64,000 nt of DNA from Mobula hypostoma. Its lineage: Eukaryota. The position numbers and the translations under genes were made by a program. The notes under the pieces are model-generated. The model had not been told where the DNA came from, made no database searches, and saw nothing but the letters and a program-made list of their open reading frames with translations. Numbering within the stretch: position 1 is the stretch's first letter; each line of letters starts with the position of its first letter. Shown piece by piece: positions 1-13,017 of this stretch. The stretch lies in assembly GCF_963921235.1 (NCBI RefSeq), contig NC_086109.1, forward strand, positions 21,888,001 through 21,952,000, in the 5' to 3' direction.

Positions 1-1888
1 AATCAGGGAGGCTAAAGACGGGTATAGGAGGAAGCTTGAGTGGAAACTCCAGCAGAGCAACATGAGAGAGGTCTGGAGTGGGATGAGGACCATCACTGGG
101 TTCCGGCAAACTAGCAACAGAGGAGCTGAAGGCAGTGTGGACAGGGCCAATGAACTTAACCTGTTCTTTAACAGATTTGACATTGTGGCCACTGCCCAAC
201 CCCCACATGAGTCATCTGTTGTCGGCCCCCAACCAACACATATTCCACTCTCCCCTCCTACCCCTTCTCACAGTCCCCCACCCTGCTCTCATGACTATAC
301 CCCTTCCCCACACGAAACCACCATGGTGGGCTTCACAGCTGAACAGGTGAGAAGACAGCTGAAACGTCTCAACCCAAGCAAGGCTGCAGGACCGGATGGT
401 GTCAGTACCAGGGTGCTCAAAGCCTGTACCCCTCAGCTATGTGGAGTACTTCACCATGTCTTCAACCTGAGCCTGAGGCTCCGGAGGGTTCCTGTGCTGT
501 GGAAGATCTCCTGCCTCGTCCCTGTGCCGAAGATGCCGCGCCCCAGCAGCCTCAATGACTACAGACCGGTGGCATTGACCTCCCACATCATGAAGACCCT
601 GGAGAGACTTGTTCTGGAGCTGCTCCAGCCTATGGTTAGGCCGCACTTAGATCCCCTCCAGTTTACTAGGAGGAAGTCTGACTAGGAGTTGAGGATGCCA
701 TCGTCTACCTGCTGAACCGTGTCTACGCTCACCTGGACAAGCCAGTGAGCCCTGTGAGGGTCATGTTTTTTGACTTCTCCAGTGCATTCAACACCATCCG
801 CCCTGCTCTGCTGGGGGAGAAGCTGACAGCGATGCAGGTGGATGCTTTCCTGGTGTCATGGATTCTTGATTACCTGACTGGCAGACCACAGTACGTGTGC
901 TTGCAACACTGTGTGTCCGACAGAGTGATCAGCAGCACTGGGGCTCCACAGGGGACTGTCTTGTCTCCCTTTCTCTTCACCATTTACACCTCGGACTTCA
1001 ACTACTGCACAGAGTCTTGTCATCTTCAGAAGTTTTCTGATGACTCTGCCACAGTTGGATGCATCAGCAAGGGAGATGAGGCTGAGTACAGGGCTACAGT
1101 AGGAAACTTTGTCACATGGTGTGAGCAGAATTATCTGCAGCTTAATGTGAAAAAGACTAAGGAGCTGGTGGTAGACCTGAGGAGAGCTAAGGCACTGGTG
1201 ACCCCTGTTTCCATCCAAAGGGTCAGTGTGGACATGGTGGAGGATTACAAATACCTGGGGATACGAATTGACAATAAACTGGACTGGTCAAAGAACACTG
1301 AGGCTGTCTACAAGAAGGGTCAGAGCCGTCTCTATTTCCTGAGGAGACTGAGGTCCTTTAACATCTGTCAGACGATGCTGAGGATGTTCTACGAGTCTGT
1401 GGTGGCCAGTGCTATCATGTTTGCTGTTGTGTGCTGGGGCAGCAGGCTGAGGGTAGCAGACACCAACAGAACCAACAAACTCATTTGTAAGGCCAGTGAT
1501 GTTGTGGGGATGGAACTGGACTCTTTGACGGTGGTGTCTGAAAGTTGGATGCTGTCCAAGTTGCATGCCATTTTGGACAATGTCTCCCATCCACTACATA
1601 ATGTACTGGTTGGGCACAGGAGTACATTCACCCAGAGACTCATTCCACCGAGATGCAACACAGAGCGTCATAAGAAGTCATTCCTGCCTGTGGCCATCAA
1701 ACTTTACAACTCCTCCCTTGGAGGGTCAGACACCCTGAGCCAATAGGCTGGTCCTGGACTTATTTCCTGGCATAATTTACATATTACTATTTAATTATTT
1801 ATGGTTTTATTACTATTTAATTATTTATGGTGCAACTGTAACGAAAACCAATTTCCCCTGGGATCAATAAAGTATGACTATGACTATG
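1..1888 (+). mobile_element. Rex1/Babar-like LINE, 3' part with RT, one frameshift near 665-745; runs off the window start
   Basis: ORFs 62-685 and 745-1746 carry KAAGPDG, DYRPVALTS, FFDFSSAFNTI, GAPQGTVLSP, FSDD and YKYLG. The element ends in AATAAAG followed by (TATGAC)n. Confidence 0.92.
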
Positions 1889-2214
1889 AAAAAAGACCTT
1901 CAAACACCCAATATGCAAAGAGAAAAATTAAGGAGTCTGAGACCTGTGGTTTACTTGACTATTCATTTTCAATTTATGTTCATTTTTGCCTTAAATTATT
2001 GATGGTACAGTATCACCTGAATACTGTGGCTGATAACTTTTGCAGGTCGGTTGCTTCGGAATTTAGCATGGTCCATACCACTGTTACCATAAGAATGAGT
2101 CACTTTACCCCAGGTAGCATGAGTTTTATTTGACTTACTACCAGGAGTGATATTTTGTTCTTTGCCTTGTATACATATCTTTTGCCCAGGTCACAGGTAC
2201 ATCATTTGACCATA

Positions 2215-2445
2215 AAAACATAGAACATAAGAGCAGAAATGGATCATTTGTCCAACTGAGTTCTCTCTTTTGGCACCATTCTTCCGCTTCCTCCCTGGAA
2301 CCTCGGACACCCTTACTAATCGCCGACCTATCAACCTCCACATTAAGTATACTTGGTGACTTGGCCTCCACAGTCATATGTGTCAATGAATTCCACAGAT
2401 TCATCACCCTCTGGCTAAAGTAATTTCTCTTCAACACAGTTCTTA
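2215..2445 (-). mobile_element. CR1 LINE 3' fragment
   Basis: Minus-strand translation YFSQRVMNLWNSL, typical of the CR1 ORF2 C-terminus, plus a CR1-like 3' tail. Confidence 0.7.
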
Positions 2446-3597
2446 AAAGATCACTGCTAATACCTCCAGAGCTACCTCTTTCAGAACACAAGGGTGCAGT
2501 CCATCTGGTCTAGGTGACTTAACTACCTTCAGACCTTCCAGTTTCATAAGCATCTTCTTCTTAGTAATAGCAACTATACTTACTTCTAACCCCTAGGGCA
2601 TCTTTGTATAGCCCACACTACATAATATCCCTGTACAACAAAGATGCATCAATCCCAGGTTTGACTGTTTTTTAGTTTACTACCACTGTCCCTCTGGTTT
2701 CATTGAAGAGCGTTTCAAATTTCCACTGCCTTTAATGTAAATGCTTCCTGAAATCCTACTGAATATGCCAGCGCCAATTTTATTCTCTGTTGTTCTGAGT
2801 TCCTACACCAATCAGCTGATGTAAGAGGTCTATCAACTTTGTTAAATCATTAAGTCATCCTGAATGACTGAACATAATCACCTTATAAACTCTTATGTTC
2901 TCTGTAATGGCTTAACAAGGACCTGAAATCATGTTAGAAGAATCTCATCACTGATACTTGGAACTACTGACGTGAGGGATTGTTGAGACTTTGACCCAGC
3001 AGTATAATTTTTGATCAATTTTATTGGATGCAACATCAAAGTCCAAAGTAGTCCAGAAACTGACAGAGGAACATGTTTTTTTTATTTCAAGAATAAACTC
3101 CGTTCATAACAAATATGTGTGCAGGAAATACAAAACCAGTGCATGGCTTTTCTTGACAGCCACAGTGGCATCTGGTCCATGCATTCATAATATTATTGGT
3201 TCTTTTGTAGTTTCAAAGATTCAAAGTACATTTCTTATCGAAGTATTATGCAGTCCTCCAAGAGTACTCCAGCTTGTCATGGTTTGGAGGCTTGCGAGCC
3301 TCAATGACCCGGAGAACTATGTTGGCTGGAGTTGGTGGTTTGTGTTTGGCTCTTGGTAAGGTCACTTATTTATTTGTTGGGGGTGAACTATTATTCAACA
3401 TCTCATACCATGGGGGAATTCCACAGTGTGGAGGAGTAATAGGCCTGCAGCAACAGTGAATAAAGCAATGGGACACAGTGGTACTTCAGATTTTCAGTGG
3501 ATCTAGGATTAATATGGACAGTTGGTCAATCTGTCTTTTGTCACGGGGTTTGTTTCATCCATTAGTGCCAATACCACCAAGAGGACCACAATCTTGT

Positions 3598-3993
3598 GTT
3601 GTTTTGGAGGCCATCATACCTCAATGATACGGAGAGCTACACTGGCTGGAGTCAGGGCTTTCTACTTTAGCTGTGGGTAGGATCACCCATGCCAAACAGG
3701 TCAAAGGCTAGAGGCCAGGCTAAGAGTGGTCCACGGGTCCTCCAGATTCTGGGGTTCAGCTCAGGGCTAACAACCCTGACTGGTAAAACAGCATTGTTAC
3801 AGAAACAGCAATGAAGAATCCTTCTACATCTGCGCATGATGGTACCCTTGAGTCTCCACCTGGGATTTGCAGGAAAACTGAGCTGCTGACATGATGAAGG
3901 AAGCCCTGAACACTGCCAGAAATGGAGGACCTTCAGTGCTGTCCTAAACGCCAATAGCGTAATGGGCAGTAGGTAAGCAAGTATGTAGGTAGT
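3598..3993 (+). mobile_element. Non-autonomous RTE (BovB/Expander-like) bimodular element
   Basis: 5' module CCTCAATGA..GAGAGCTA..GGTAGGATCACCCATGCCAAACAGGTC joined to an RTE-like 3' end with a (TAAG/TAGG)n tail. Related pieces at 3277-3365, 19157-19430 and 21836-21968. Confidence 0.7.
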
Positions 3994-4090
3994 ATACAAC
4001 TCGGGAATTCGTCTTCCCACAGACAGCTATGAAACAAAGAAAACCATGGAGCTTGTTCAAAGAAAAACACTAAACTGCACTCCCCCCCCC

Positions 4091-4124
<34 letters not shown>

Positions 4125-4477
4125 CACAAAACGCAGAACACAAAACACCAATCCACAAAGTCTTCAAAGGAGTCCAGGCATTTTCGGCTCAGCTCAGTTC
4201 AGTTCAATGCAGTGCAGGGTCGTTCATTATCTGCAGGCTGCCTCTACCAAAATCACACAAAATAGCCACCAAAAAAGGAGCGAGCAGAAAGACATGACGA
4301 AGAGAAACACAGAGTCCGGTTCACAAACTATGCTGGTTAACACCATCCTCCGACAGCGTCGAGGGAAAGGAAGACCATTCAAACGCAGGGACCTTCCACC
4401 GGGAGCAAGGAGTGAGAGTGAGACCGAGACTGTCACGCAGACACCTTCCTCTTTGTACAAAGCACCATTAAAGAGAT

Positions 4478-4735
4478 TAGCTTTATTTGTCACGTACGGA
4501 GTACACTGAAACATCAAAACATACAGTGAAGTACGCCGCTTGCATTCAGAATGTGTTGGGGGCAGCCCACAACTGTCATGGTGCCTCCGGCACCAGTAGA
4601 GTATGCCCACACCTTACCAACCCTGACGTGTCTTTGTATTGAGGGAGGAAACCAGAGCCACTGGAGGAAACCCATACGGTCATGGGGGGAATGCACAAAC
4701 CCCTTACAGACTGCAGGGGGCACTGAACACCCATC
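4478..4735 (-). mobile_element. V-domain-type SINE with LINE-derived 3' tail
   Basis: GGAGGAAACCAGAGC..GGAGGAAACCC core and tail ACAAATAAAGCTAATCT on minus. Many sister copies in the window. Confidence 0.65.
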
Positions 4736-4799
4736 TCAGGAGGCCTGATTGGATAATACACACCTCGAATGTTGAAAAGATTTTTCCTCTGGGACTTGA

Positions 4800-4965
4800 T
4801 CGTGGGCTGTCGTCCTTCCTCACAAAGCCTTTGGACTGGCTGCACCAAGCCTCTATGCATCTCTTCAGGATGTTCCGTTGAACTAGAAGACCAGCAAATT
4901 TCAGGCAGACAAATGTCCATTTTTTACATTGTTGATCTTCCAATGGGATTTGAGGATCATACCAA
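4800..4965 (-). mobile_element. Tx1-clade LINE ORF2 C-terminal remnant
   Basis: Minus translation gives LSA*NLLVF and RLGAASPKAL*GRTT, resembling the Tx1 end motifs WSARNLLVF and LGAAAAKARWGRTT. Confidence 0.5.
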
Positions 4966-5644
4966 CGAATTTGCTGCTGCTTCCCTACTAACTCATTATT
5001 CCCTGTGATAGGATTGGGGAAGGGAAAATAACCAGTTAAAGCAGGCCAAACAAAAATATCAGAATCAGCCAGCAGTACACTGCAATACATAATAATAAAA
5101 ACTATAGATTACAATAACAAGTACATATAGAAGTCCCCTTTTGTACAAATTCTATTCAATTCATTCTCACACAAAGTCATTAAACAACAACAAAATTGAA
5201 TTAGCACATTCTGATGGTTCATGTGAATGCACTTGCATGCTCTTCCTCCCGCTGGTTTCCCCCACAGTCTGAACTTGCCTTTGTGTGTGTGTGTGTCTGC
5301 CCACTTGTTTCTGTTTACATAGTGTGTGACAACATGTACTATACTTGCGCACGAAAGAGAGCTTCTCTGGTCTGTGGAGAAAAAGACAGAGAGAGAGAGA
5401 AAGAGAGAGGAGAGCAAGAGGGAAAGGAAAGAGAAAAATACACAGAGGAAGAGAAAGATTAATAGAAAGAAAAAAGTAAACACACTTATGCAACTTCATG
5501 ACAGCCAAATATGTTTCATCATTCACAAAATACATCAGAATCAGGTTTTATATCACCGGCATATGTTATGAAATGTATTGTTATACAGCAACAGTGCAAT
5601 ACATAATTATAAAAAACTATAAATACAATCAATAAATAATAGTT

Positions 5645-6920
5645 ATTTATTTATTGAGATTCAGCATGTAGTCGGCCCTTCTGACCCTTCAAGCCATGTT
5701 GCCCAGCAGTCCCCCAATTTAATGCTAGCCTGATCATGGGACAATTTACAATGACAAATTAGCCTACCGATTGTACATCTTTTGACTGTGGGAGGAAACT
5801 AGAGTACCTGGAGGAAACTGGAGTACCGGGAGTAAACTGGAGTACCGGGAGTAAACTGGAGTATCTGGAGGAAACTGGAGTATCTGGAGGAAACTGGAGT
5901 ACCTGGAGGAAACTGGAGTACTGGGAGGAAACTGGAGTATCTGGAGGAAACTGGAGTATCTGGAGGAAACTGGAATACTGGGAGGAAACTGGAATACCTG
6001 GAGGAAACTGGAGTACCTGGAGGAAACTGGAGTACCGGGAGGAAACTGGAGTACCTGGAGGAAACTGGAGTACTGGGAGGAAACTGGAGTATCTGGAGGA
6101 AACTGGAGTATCTGGAGGAAACTGGAATACTGGGAGGAAACTGGAATACCTGGAGGAAACTGGAGTACCGGGAGGAAACTGGAGTACCGGGAGGAAACTG
6201 GAGTAACTGGAGTATCTGGAGGAAACTGGAGTACCGGGAGGAAACAGGAGTACCTGGAGGAAACTGGAGTATTGGGAAGAAACTGGAGTACCTGGAGGAA
6301 ACTGGAGTACCAGGAGTAAACTGGAGTATCTGGAGGAAACTGGAGTATCTGGAGGAAACTGGAGTATCTGGAGGAAACTGGAGTACCGGGAGGAAACTGG
6401 AGTATCTGGAGGAAACTGGAGTAACTGGAGTATCTGGAGGAAACTGGAGTACCGGGAGGAAACTGGAGTATCTGGAGGATACTGGAGTAACTGGAGTATC
6501 TGGAGGAAACTGGAGTACCGGGAGGAAACAGGAGTACCTGGAGGAAACTGGAGTATTGGGAAGAAACTGGAGTACCTGGAGGAAACTGGAGTACCGGGAG
6601 GAAACTGGAGTACCGGGAAGAAAGTGGAGTACCTGGAGGAAACTGGAGTACTGGGAGGAAACTGGAGTACCTGGAAGAAAGTGGAGTACCTGGAGGAAAC
6701 TGGAGTACCGGGAGGAAACTGGAGTACCGGGAAGAAAGTGGAATACTGAGAGGAAACTGGAGTACCTGGAAGAAAGTGGAGTACCTGGAGGAAACTGGAG
6801 TACCGGGAGGAAACTGGAGTACCGGGAAGAAAGTGGAGTACCTGGAGGAAACTGGAGTACCGGGAGGAAGCCCACACAGTCACGGGGAGAACGTGCAAAC
6901 TCCTTATGGACAGCGGCGGG
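5645..6920 (-). mobile_element. V-type (HE1-like) SINE expanded internally by a minisatellite
   Basis: The SINE body continues on both sides of the array (TTTGACTGTG|array|CCCACACAGTCACGGGGAGAACGTGCAAACTCC). (TATT)n tail at left. Confidence 0.75.
5791..6869. repeat. 19-bp minisatellite GGAGGAAACTGGAGTACC(T/G), roughly 55-57 units
   Basis: Directly visible tandem array with point variants and occasional 9-bp ACTGGAGTA sub-duplications. Confidence 0.97.
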
Positions 6921-7754
6921 AATATATATATTAGATAAACTAAATAATTACAGCACAATTTCTTTTGTCTTTTCATCACAATTAGTCCAGTTTCATAAAT
7001 TACTCCAACAGATCTTTTTTTTTAATCGTTGTGGGTGAACTGTAAGGGGATTCCACAGCATGGAGGAGTGATAGGCCTGCAGCAACAGTGAGTGAAGTAA
7101 TGGGGCACAGTGGCACGGCAGTTTTACAGTGGATTTAGGATTAATATGGACTGTTGATCAATCTGTCATCTATCTGCCATCCATAATAGTTCCACAGGTG
7201 TGACTCAAACAGTTGGAACTCTCTAATAAAAAGAGGAACTTCTTCACAAAGACAGGTGACCTACTTTTGAGAATTAATTAAGTTCCAGAATTGTCAATTT
7301 GCTGAGGAGAATGACTTGCATTTACCATAGAATGTTTAAACCTTGTGGGCACAAAGCCCCTTGTGCCTGTTATAGCTTATTGATAATCCATCCAGATAAT
7401 CACACTGGCCACGCTCTTTCCCTGTACCCTGACAAAGCTTACTTGGTTAAGAAGTTTGTTAATGCTCTATTGAAAATGCTATTATCTCTGTTTTCTCCAA
7501 AGTTACAACATGATTTTGAAGGCCATATTAACTCAGGCTGTTTAAAAAATGTTTCTAGATGTAGTTTTAAAATCATTTGCAACTGTCCTTAAATTTGAAG
7601 TCTTTGGAGTTTTTCTGTCTATGATCCTGTTCTTGCCATTCACCAGACAAACAAATCCCAATCTGTCCATCAATGGATCAAAAGAGATGAACCGTTCTGC
7701 CAAGGAAACAGTTTCTCCATACAAGCAAGAGATTCTGTAGAAGCCGGAAATTTT

Positions 7755-8295
7755 ATGCAACATACACAAAAACACTGGAGAAACTCAGCAAGTTAGGTAG
7801 CATCTAAGTTAGGTAGGAAGGGAATAAACAGTCGATGTTCTGGACTGAGACCCTTCATCAGGACTGGAAAGGAAGGGAGCAGAAACCAGAACAAGATGGT
7901 GGGGGGAGAGGGAGGAGTATTATCTGGTGCGGGGCAAGGTGGGTGATGAAGTAAGAAGCTGGGAGGTGATAGGTGGAGGAGCTATAGGGCTGAAGAAGGA
8001 AGAATTTGATAGGAGAGGACAGTGAACCATGAAAGGAAGGGAAAGAGGAGGATAACTAGAGGGAGGTGATGGGTAAGTGAGGAGAAGAGAAAGGGTGAGG
8101 TGAGGATTAGAGTGGGGAATGGAAAAAGAGAGAAGGTGAAGGGGGAGAGAAATTACCAGAAGTCAGAGAAATCAGTGATTTTTACCATCAGTTTGGAGGT
8201 TATCCAACTGGAATATGATGTATTGCTCATCCAGCCTGAGTGTGGCCTCAAGGCAGAAGAGGAAGCCATGGGTTGATACGTCAAAATGGGACATA
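7755..8295 (-). mobile_element. Penelope-like element 3' end/pLTR with decayed hammerhead
   Basis: Reverse complement matches 39550-39930. Reads GTCCTGATGAAGGGTCTCAG on minus at ~7845-7864. Confidence 0.75.
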
Positions 8296-10609
8296 TGTTT
8301 CTCCATATGTACCTTATCAAACTCCTTCATGGTTTTGTTTAGTTCTAACAAATCCTCCTTTGTTGCAAGGAGAACCCCAGTTACTCACCTAGGCGACTGC
8401 AACAACATCTCGCAAACTTGTCATTTCTATGGCCAAGAGGGACATGGAAACACCACCAAGCGCAGATCCCCCTCAAAGTCACACAACATCCTACGTCCAA
8501 GATATATGGAATTACCTCCTCACCGTTAACGTGTGGAACAACTTTCCCGACAACACTGGAAGTACTTTCATCAGAAGGAGTGCAGTGCCTGGTCACTCCT
8601 TTTTTTAAGGCTAAGGAGGCCTGTTGTTCGAAAGATATCCCATGTTTCCTCAGGGCTGGGGGAGGGCCTGTTCAACACCTTGTCTGGTGGTCTCAAAAGG
8701 TGGCTTGCTGGTCAGGACCCTACTGGAAAGGGGTCTTTTTCAGAGATACCCAATATAATGGTCTCAGTATCATCATTAGGTGGGGAATTTATCGTTGCCA
8801 GTACCCAAGTAGCCCCACAGAATGCTGGGTCTTCTCTTTAGAGGTAGGGATCTCTGCTCCCAATATTTTTCGCTTGGCCTTTTCCGGTATTTTCCAAAGA
8901 CCAGAATCCCAGTATTAACACATTCTGGCTTGGGTCCTGGATCTTGTCAGGGTTAATAGACCATCGCCTCTCCCTCAGGAAAGTAACTACCTTCTCTGGT
9001 GCCTCCCCCACCATCTCCTCCGAGGGCCCTTGCAATAGGATATCATCTATGTAGTGGGATACTGAGATGTTTGGGTCAAGCAAGATCTCTTGTAGTTCTC
9101 ACTATAAAACCATGGCACAAGACCGGGCTGTGCACATATCCCTGTGAAAGACCACCAAAAGGTATACTGTCTGCCTTCACTTGTAAAGGCAAACTGGTCT
9201 TGGGACTCAGGGCTCAGGGAAATGGAAAAGAAAGTGTTGGCAAAATCCACTATAGCAAACCAATGCTTCCCCTCCCTACCTCCTATGTCTTCTACAATGG
9301 TCACTATATTCAAGACAGCTTATACGAGGGTTGGGACATGCTTAATCAAATACCTAAAGTCTATCGTCATTCACCACATTCCATCCCCCTTCCTTTCTTG
9401 CCACACTGGGCTGTAGTAGGGTGACATTTTCGGCCGAATAGCCCACACCTTCAACAATGCTTCCACTGTTTCCTTGATCTCCTTGGTGCAACTCGGGATT
9501 CGGTACTGCTTGAGGTTCACCTCCTTGGCAGGGGGTGGGATGTCAAGAGGCTCCCACGTGGCCAGCCTCACCAGTACCATCACTCAAGCCTTCCCAAAAG
9601 CAAAATAACCCACCTTTCAGCACGTTCATATGCAAAACGCACTCGTGGGATGCTGCATTCAGCAGTAACATAGGTCCTGGTTGATCCGAGCAGATAGCCA
9701 CCATTACTGCAGCTGCCCAGGCTGGGATAAGAGACCCTCCCAGTCTTCAGTCATCACCTTGTGACACCTGAGATGTGAGTATGCTCAGCCTCGGTATCAA
9801 CAATTGCCACCCATCATCGGGCATTTCCCTTTTCCGATGTACCACAGTAGGCACATCAGATCTCAGGTCTCCTGGCTGGGAAAAGGGGCACTGAGAATAT
9901 ATACAGGGAGTTCTGACCATCCCCCTGCGGGAGCTGAGCAGGAGGGCACTACCCGCTGCTGGGGTTCTTGGAGAGCTTTCTCCAGCACCTTTCAGGAGAG
10001 GTACAGGGAGGATGCACTTCCTCTACTGGGTAAGGGATCAGCAACACTCCCTTATCCCCCCGCCCCGTGACAACTCCCCCTTTTTATTTTGACAAGGGTC
10101 ACTCCATGAAGCATAAAAGACAGTGGTGGGTATCCCATCCACCCATTGCTTCAGGGACAAAATCATCTCCTTACGGGTCAGGTGGGATCCCTCTCCATCA
10201 GTATAATTATTTACTTCTACTAGGCGGATGCCGGTTTTAACCAGGTATCCTACCATGGTTGAGGAGAACTTTTGATCCTCTAGTAGGTGCTCCCCACCCT
10301 CAGAAATACCAGTGATCAGGGCCACTGATGGAGAGCATTAGTCATTTCCTCTGCTGCATTGCACTCTTTCTGAGAATTTAAATCCCTATGTAACAGGGAA
10401 GGATGGTTGAACTTTACTGTGACCACTACTCTCTCCCACAGACTTATACTCCTCAACCATTCATCGTAGGGCATTGCTTACCCCATGGTTTGGTGACTAC
10501 GTTTCCCTCTCATCACTGTCGGTGCGCTCCACCAGTGGCAATGTCCAAGCTGGGGTCAGTGCTGCCCCCCAGTGTTCGCTCACAGAAGACAAGCTCTATT
10601 GTGTTTGAC

Positions 10610-10800
10610 TGCAGACTGCTGCAACAATCATGGAGTCAGGGGCTTGGACTACGGTTTTTTGTGTGACTGCCTTGTGTTGTATATGACTGCTGGTACTGTG
10701 GTTTGCACCTTGGCTGTTTGGTTGTGTACATACACTGTTTGGCTGTATTCATGGGTGTTCATGTATGGTGTAATGACAATGAAACTTGAACTTGAACTTC
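10610..10800 (+). mobile_element. LINE/SINE 3' tail inserted into the ERV gag region
   Basis: Ends in ACAATGAAACTTGAACTTGAACTT, the tail style of the L2/Rex-like elements elsewhere in the window. Confidence 0.5.
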
Positions 10801-11394
10801 CTGGTCAGATTAGATTGGCCCACCTTCCACCCCCCTCCCAAGAAATATCCCCATCTCAGGTGTCTGGGTCATAGCCCCATAAAATAACAGCCCGAACCTT
10901 CACAGGGTCCAGTTGTCAATTAGCTCTTCAGGTCATTTCCTGCTGCCGAAACTCGGCCGGGAAGCAGGTGATGTCGACATTCTCTTCCTCCAGTTCCTCA
11001 GCCCAGGTCTGCGCCAACCTGGTGGTCCCCACCATGATCATGCAGCACTGATTCAGTACCTCCACCTTCATGTTTAAGACTCCCAATTTCCTCCTCTTTC
11101 TGAGAGATTTCTTGTGTTGTTTTAAGATGGCCGCCGGCAGCAAAAAGGCCCCTCTCTGGCTCGCCCTCTTCTTTCCGGGGAGCCCTAACCTCTTTGGTAG
11201 GGACACAAGATGACTTGTCACCCCCTCGAGGGGGCCGTTCCACTGGTGCACCATGGTCCACCAGCAAATTGGCCCGGCTGCCAATCCCTGCAGAGCTATT
11301 GGTCCACCCCAGTACTAACTATCTTACTGTTCACACATTCTTCCTTCTTACTCTTATTTCTAAACATTTCTGCTTACTATCACACTCGCTTGGT

Positions 11395-11412
11395 CCTTCG
11401 CCAACTATGCCA
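11395..11412 (-). promoter_or_regulatory. Retroviral primer-binding site, tRNA-Ser type
   Basis: Minus strand reads ..TAACA GTT TGGCATAGTTGGCGAAGG. This matches the tRNA-Ser PBS TGGCGTAGTCGGC with two CpG transitions, 3 nt after an LTR-like CA end. Confidence 0.7.
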
Positions 11413-11599
11413 AACTGTTACGTTACAACAAAAGGTGCATAGACCAGCTCGGTAAAGCAGAAAGGCAGAAACTCTTGTACTTCAATACTGTTATTCAAAT
11501 GTGCTTCATTACAACAAGTCAAATCTGTTGTCATAGGCAGTCATACTCAGGGTACAAATGCCAAGAAAATTAGCTTTTTGCAGAAGCAGCATAGTACAT

Positions 11600-12280
11600 T
11601 ACAGGCATGACAAATGTAAGTTAATATTAATTTACATTAACATATGTAAATTATTAATAGCTTACATGACAAAATAAATATAACGACACTAAGGCAAGTT
11701 TGAGAGAGATCGACAAATATTAGAGTTTGATCTGTAAGGTTACCAGGTGGGTTCAAGAGCTGATGGCAATGGGGAAGAAGTTGTTGCTGAACTTTGATGT
11801 GTAGCTCCTGCCTGATGGCAGCATTGAGAAGAGGACATAGCCCAGATGGTGGGGGTGACGCTGAAGATGGATACCATCTTCCTAAGACATCACCTCTTGT
11901 AGATGTCCTCAATGGTGGGGGAATTGTATCTGTGATGAAAATGGCTAAATCCCCCTCTCTCTAGCTTTCCTGTGCATTGGAGATTCCATACTAGGCTGTG
12001 ATACAACCCATGAGAATACTGTACTTTCCACCATACAGCCATAGCAGTTTCTTGGAACCTTTGATAACATTACTCTAAGAAGTAGAAATTCTGCTGGGCC
12101 TCCTTCATGACTGTATCTACATGGCACAGCCAGGATAAGTCCTCCAAGATGCTGACACACCCAGGAACTTGAAGCTGCTCATCCTTTCCATCACAGACTC
12201 TTCAATGGGGACTAATGCATATTTGCATGACTTCAGCTTCCTAATGTCCACAATCAGGTTCTTGGTCTTGCTGACAAAGG
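11600..12280 (-). mobile_element. Rex1/L2-like LINE 3' fragment, degraded
   Basis: Minus peptides KTKNLIVDIRK and SSFKFLGV. Confidence 0.7.
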
Positions 12281-13017
12281 CACATGGGATGTACATAGTC
12301 CCTGTTAAACATCCCATGCTGCAGAACCCAATGGAACATTGTTCTATACTGTAAATATCCACAGTGTAATAGCATAGACATTTTCAAAATAAGCTCAATC
12401 AAATGAGCCAATATATTGTTTGTGAAAAACAAAGAAGGTCTCACAGACAGAAATTGTTTCAGAGGGAAATAAGATACCATTTTGAAAATAAAATTACTGC
12501 CATGAACTGAAACAAGAAGTAGAAATTGCCAGAGGAATTCATTTTATTGTTTAAAGCGATTAAAGGTTCTGACAGCCTCTTTAAATCACCTCAGAATAAT
12601 TTCTTACTACTTCCTGCAACCCCCTAAACAACTAACTGCAGATTCTTTCATATCCCCAGCTCAGAAAGAAAATATATCCTTCAGTGGGAGAATAAAGGAG
12701 GAGAAAGCGAATTAAAGCTGTCAGTGACATCAGGAAGCAACTTTCAACAGCTGCCGGGGAAATCAGAACTACGTTCCCCACAAAAGTTTTTAAAGCTGTT
12801 GGGAAATTCAGGGTAGGGTAGTCAAATGAAGATATTTGACTGCAATGGATAGGTTTTGTTAGGCAATGTCATTTAGTACATGTGATGTAACTAAGGCAGC
12901 GAAAATGAAGATGCACATTAGTTGTGATCTAATTAAAGGGCAGAACCTGACTTGAAGTCCATTCTGTTTATATCCTACAATGAAATTACCCACCATCATG
13001 GACATATGTACAGAAAT

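Larger units (their letters stand above)
8580..11420 (-). mobile_element. Degraded class III (ERV-L/ERV-S-like) endogenous retrovirus: leader, gag remnant, protease, RT
   Basis: Minus-strand peptides: IVDTEAE (protease, ~9787-9807), VNLKQYRIP and SPYYSPVW, WFAIVDFANTFFSI and QDQFAFT, HYIDDILL, WSINPDKIQ, LLGYW..IPHL..ILRPLY. Many stops and frameshifts. Confidence 0.88.

Noticed and set aside
5759..7038. Long ORFs (406, 358 and 160 aa) and a CRISPR-like look
   Set aside because: The ORFs are translations of a 19-bp tandem repeat that lacks stops. There are no unique spacers or cas genes, and the context is eukaryotic.
3400..7170. Similar ~140-bp segments at 3400-3540 and 7040-7170 as paired LTRs
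   Set aside because: No TG..CA termini, TSD, PBS or internal retroviral sequence. More likely two copies of a dispersed repeat.
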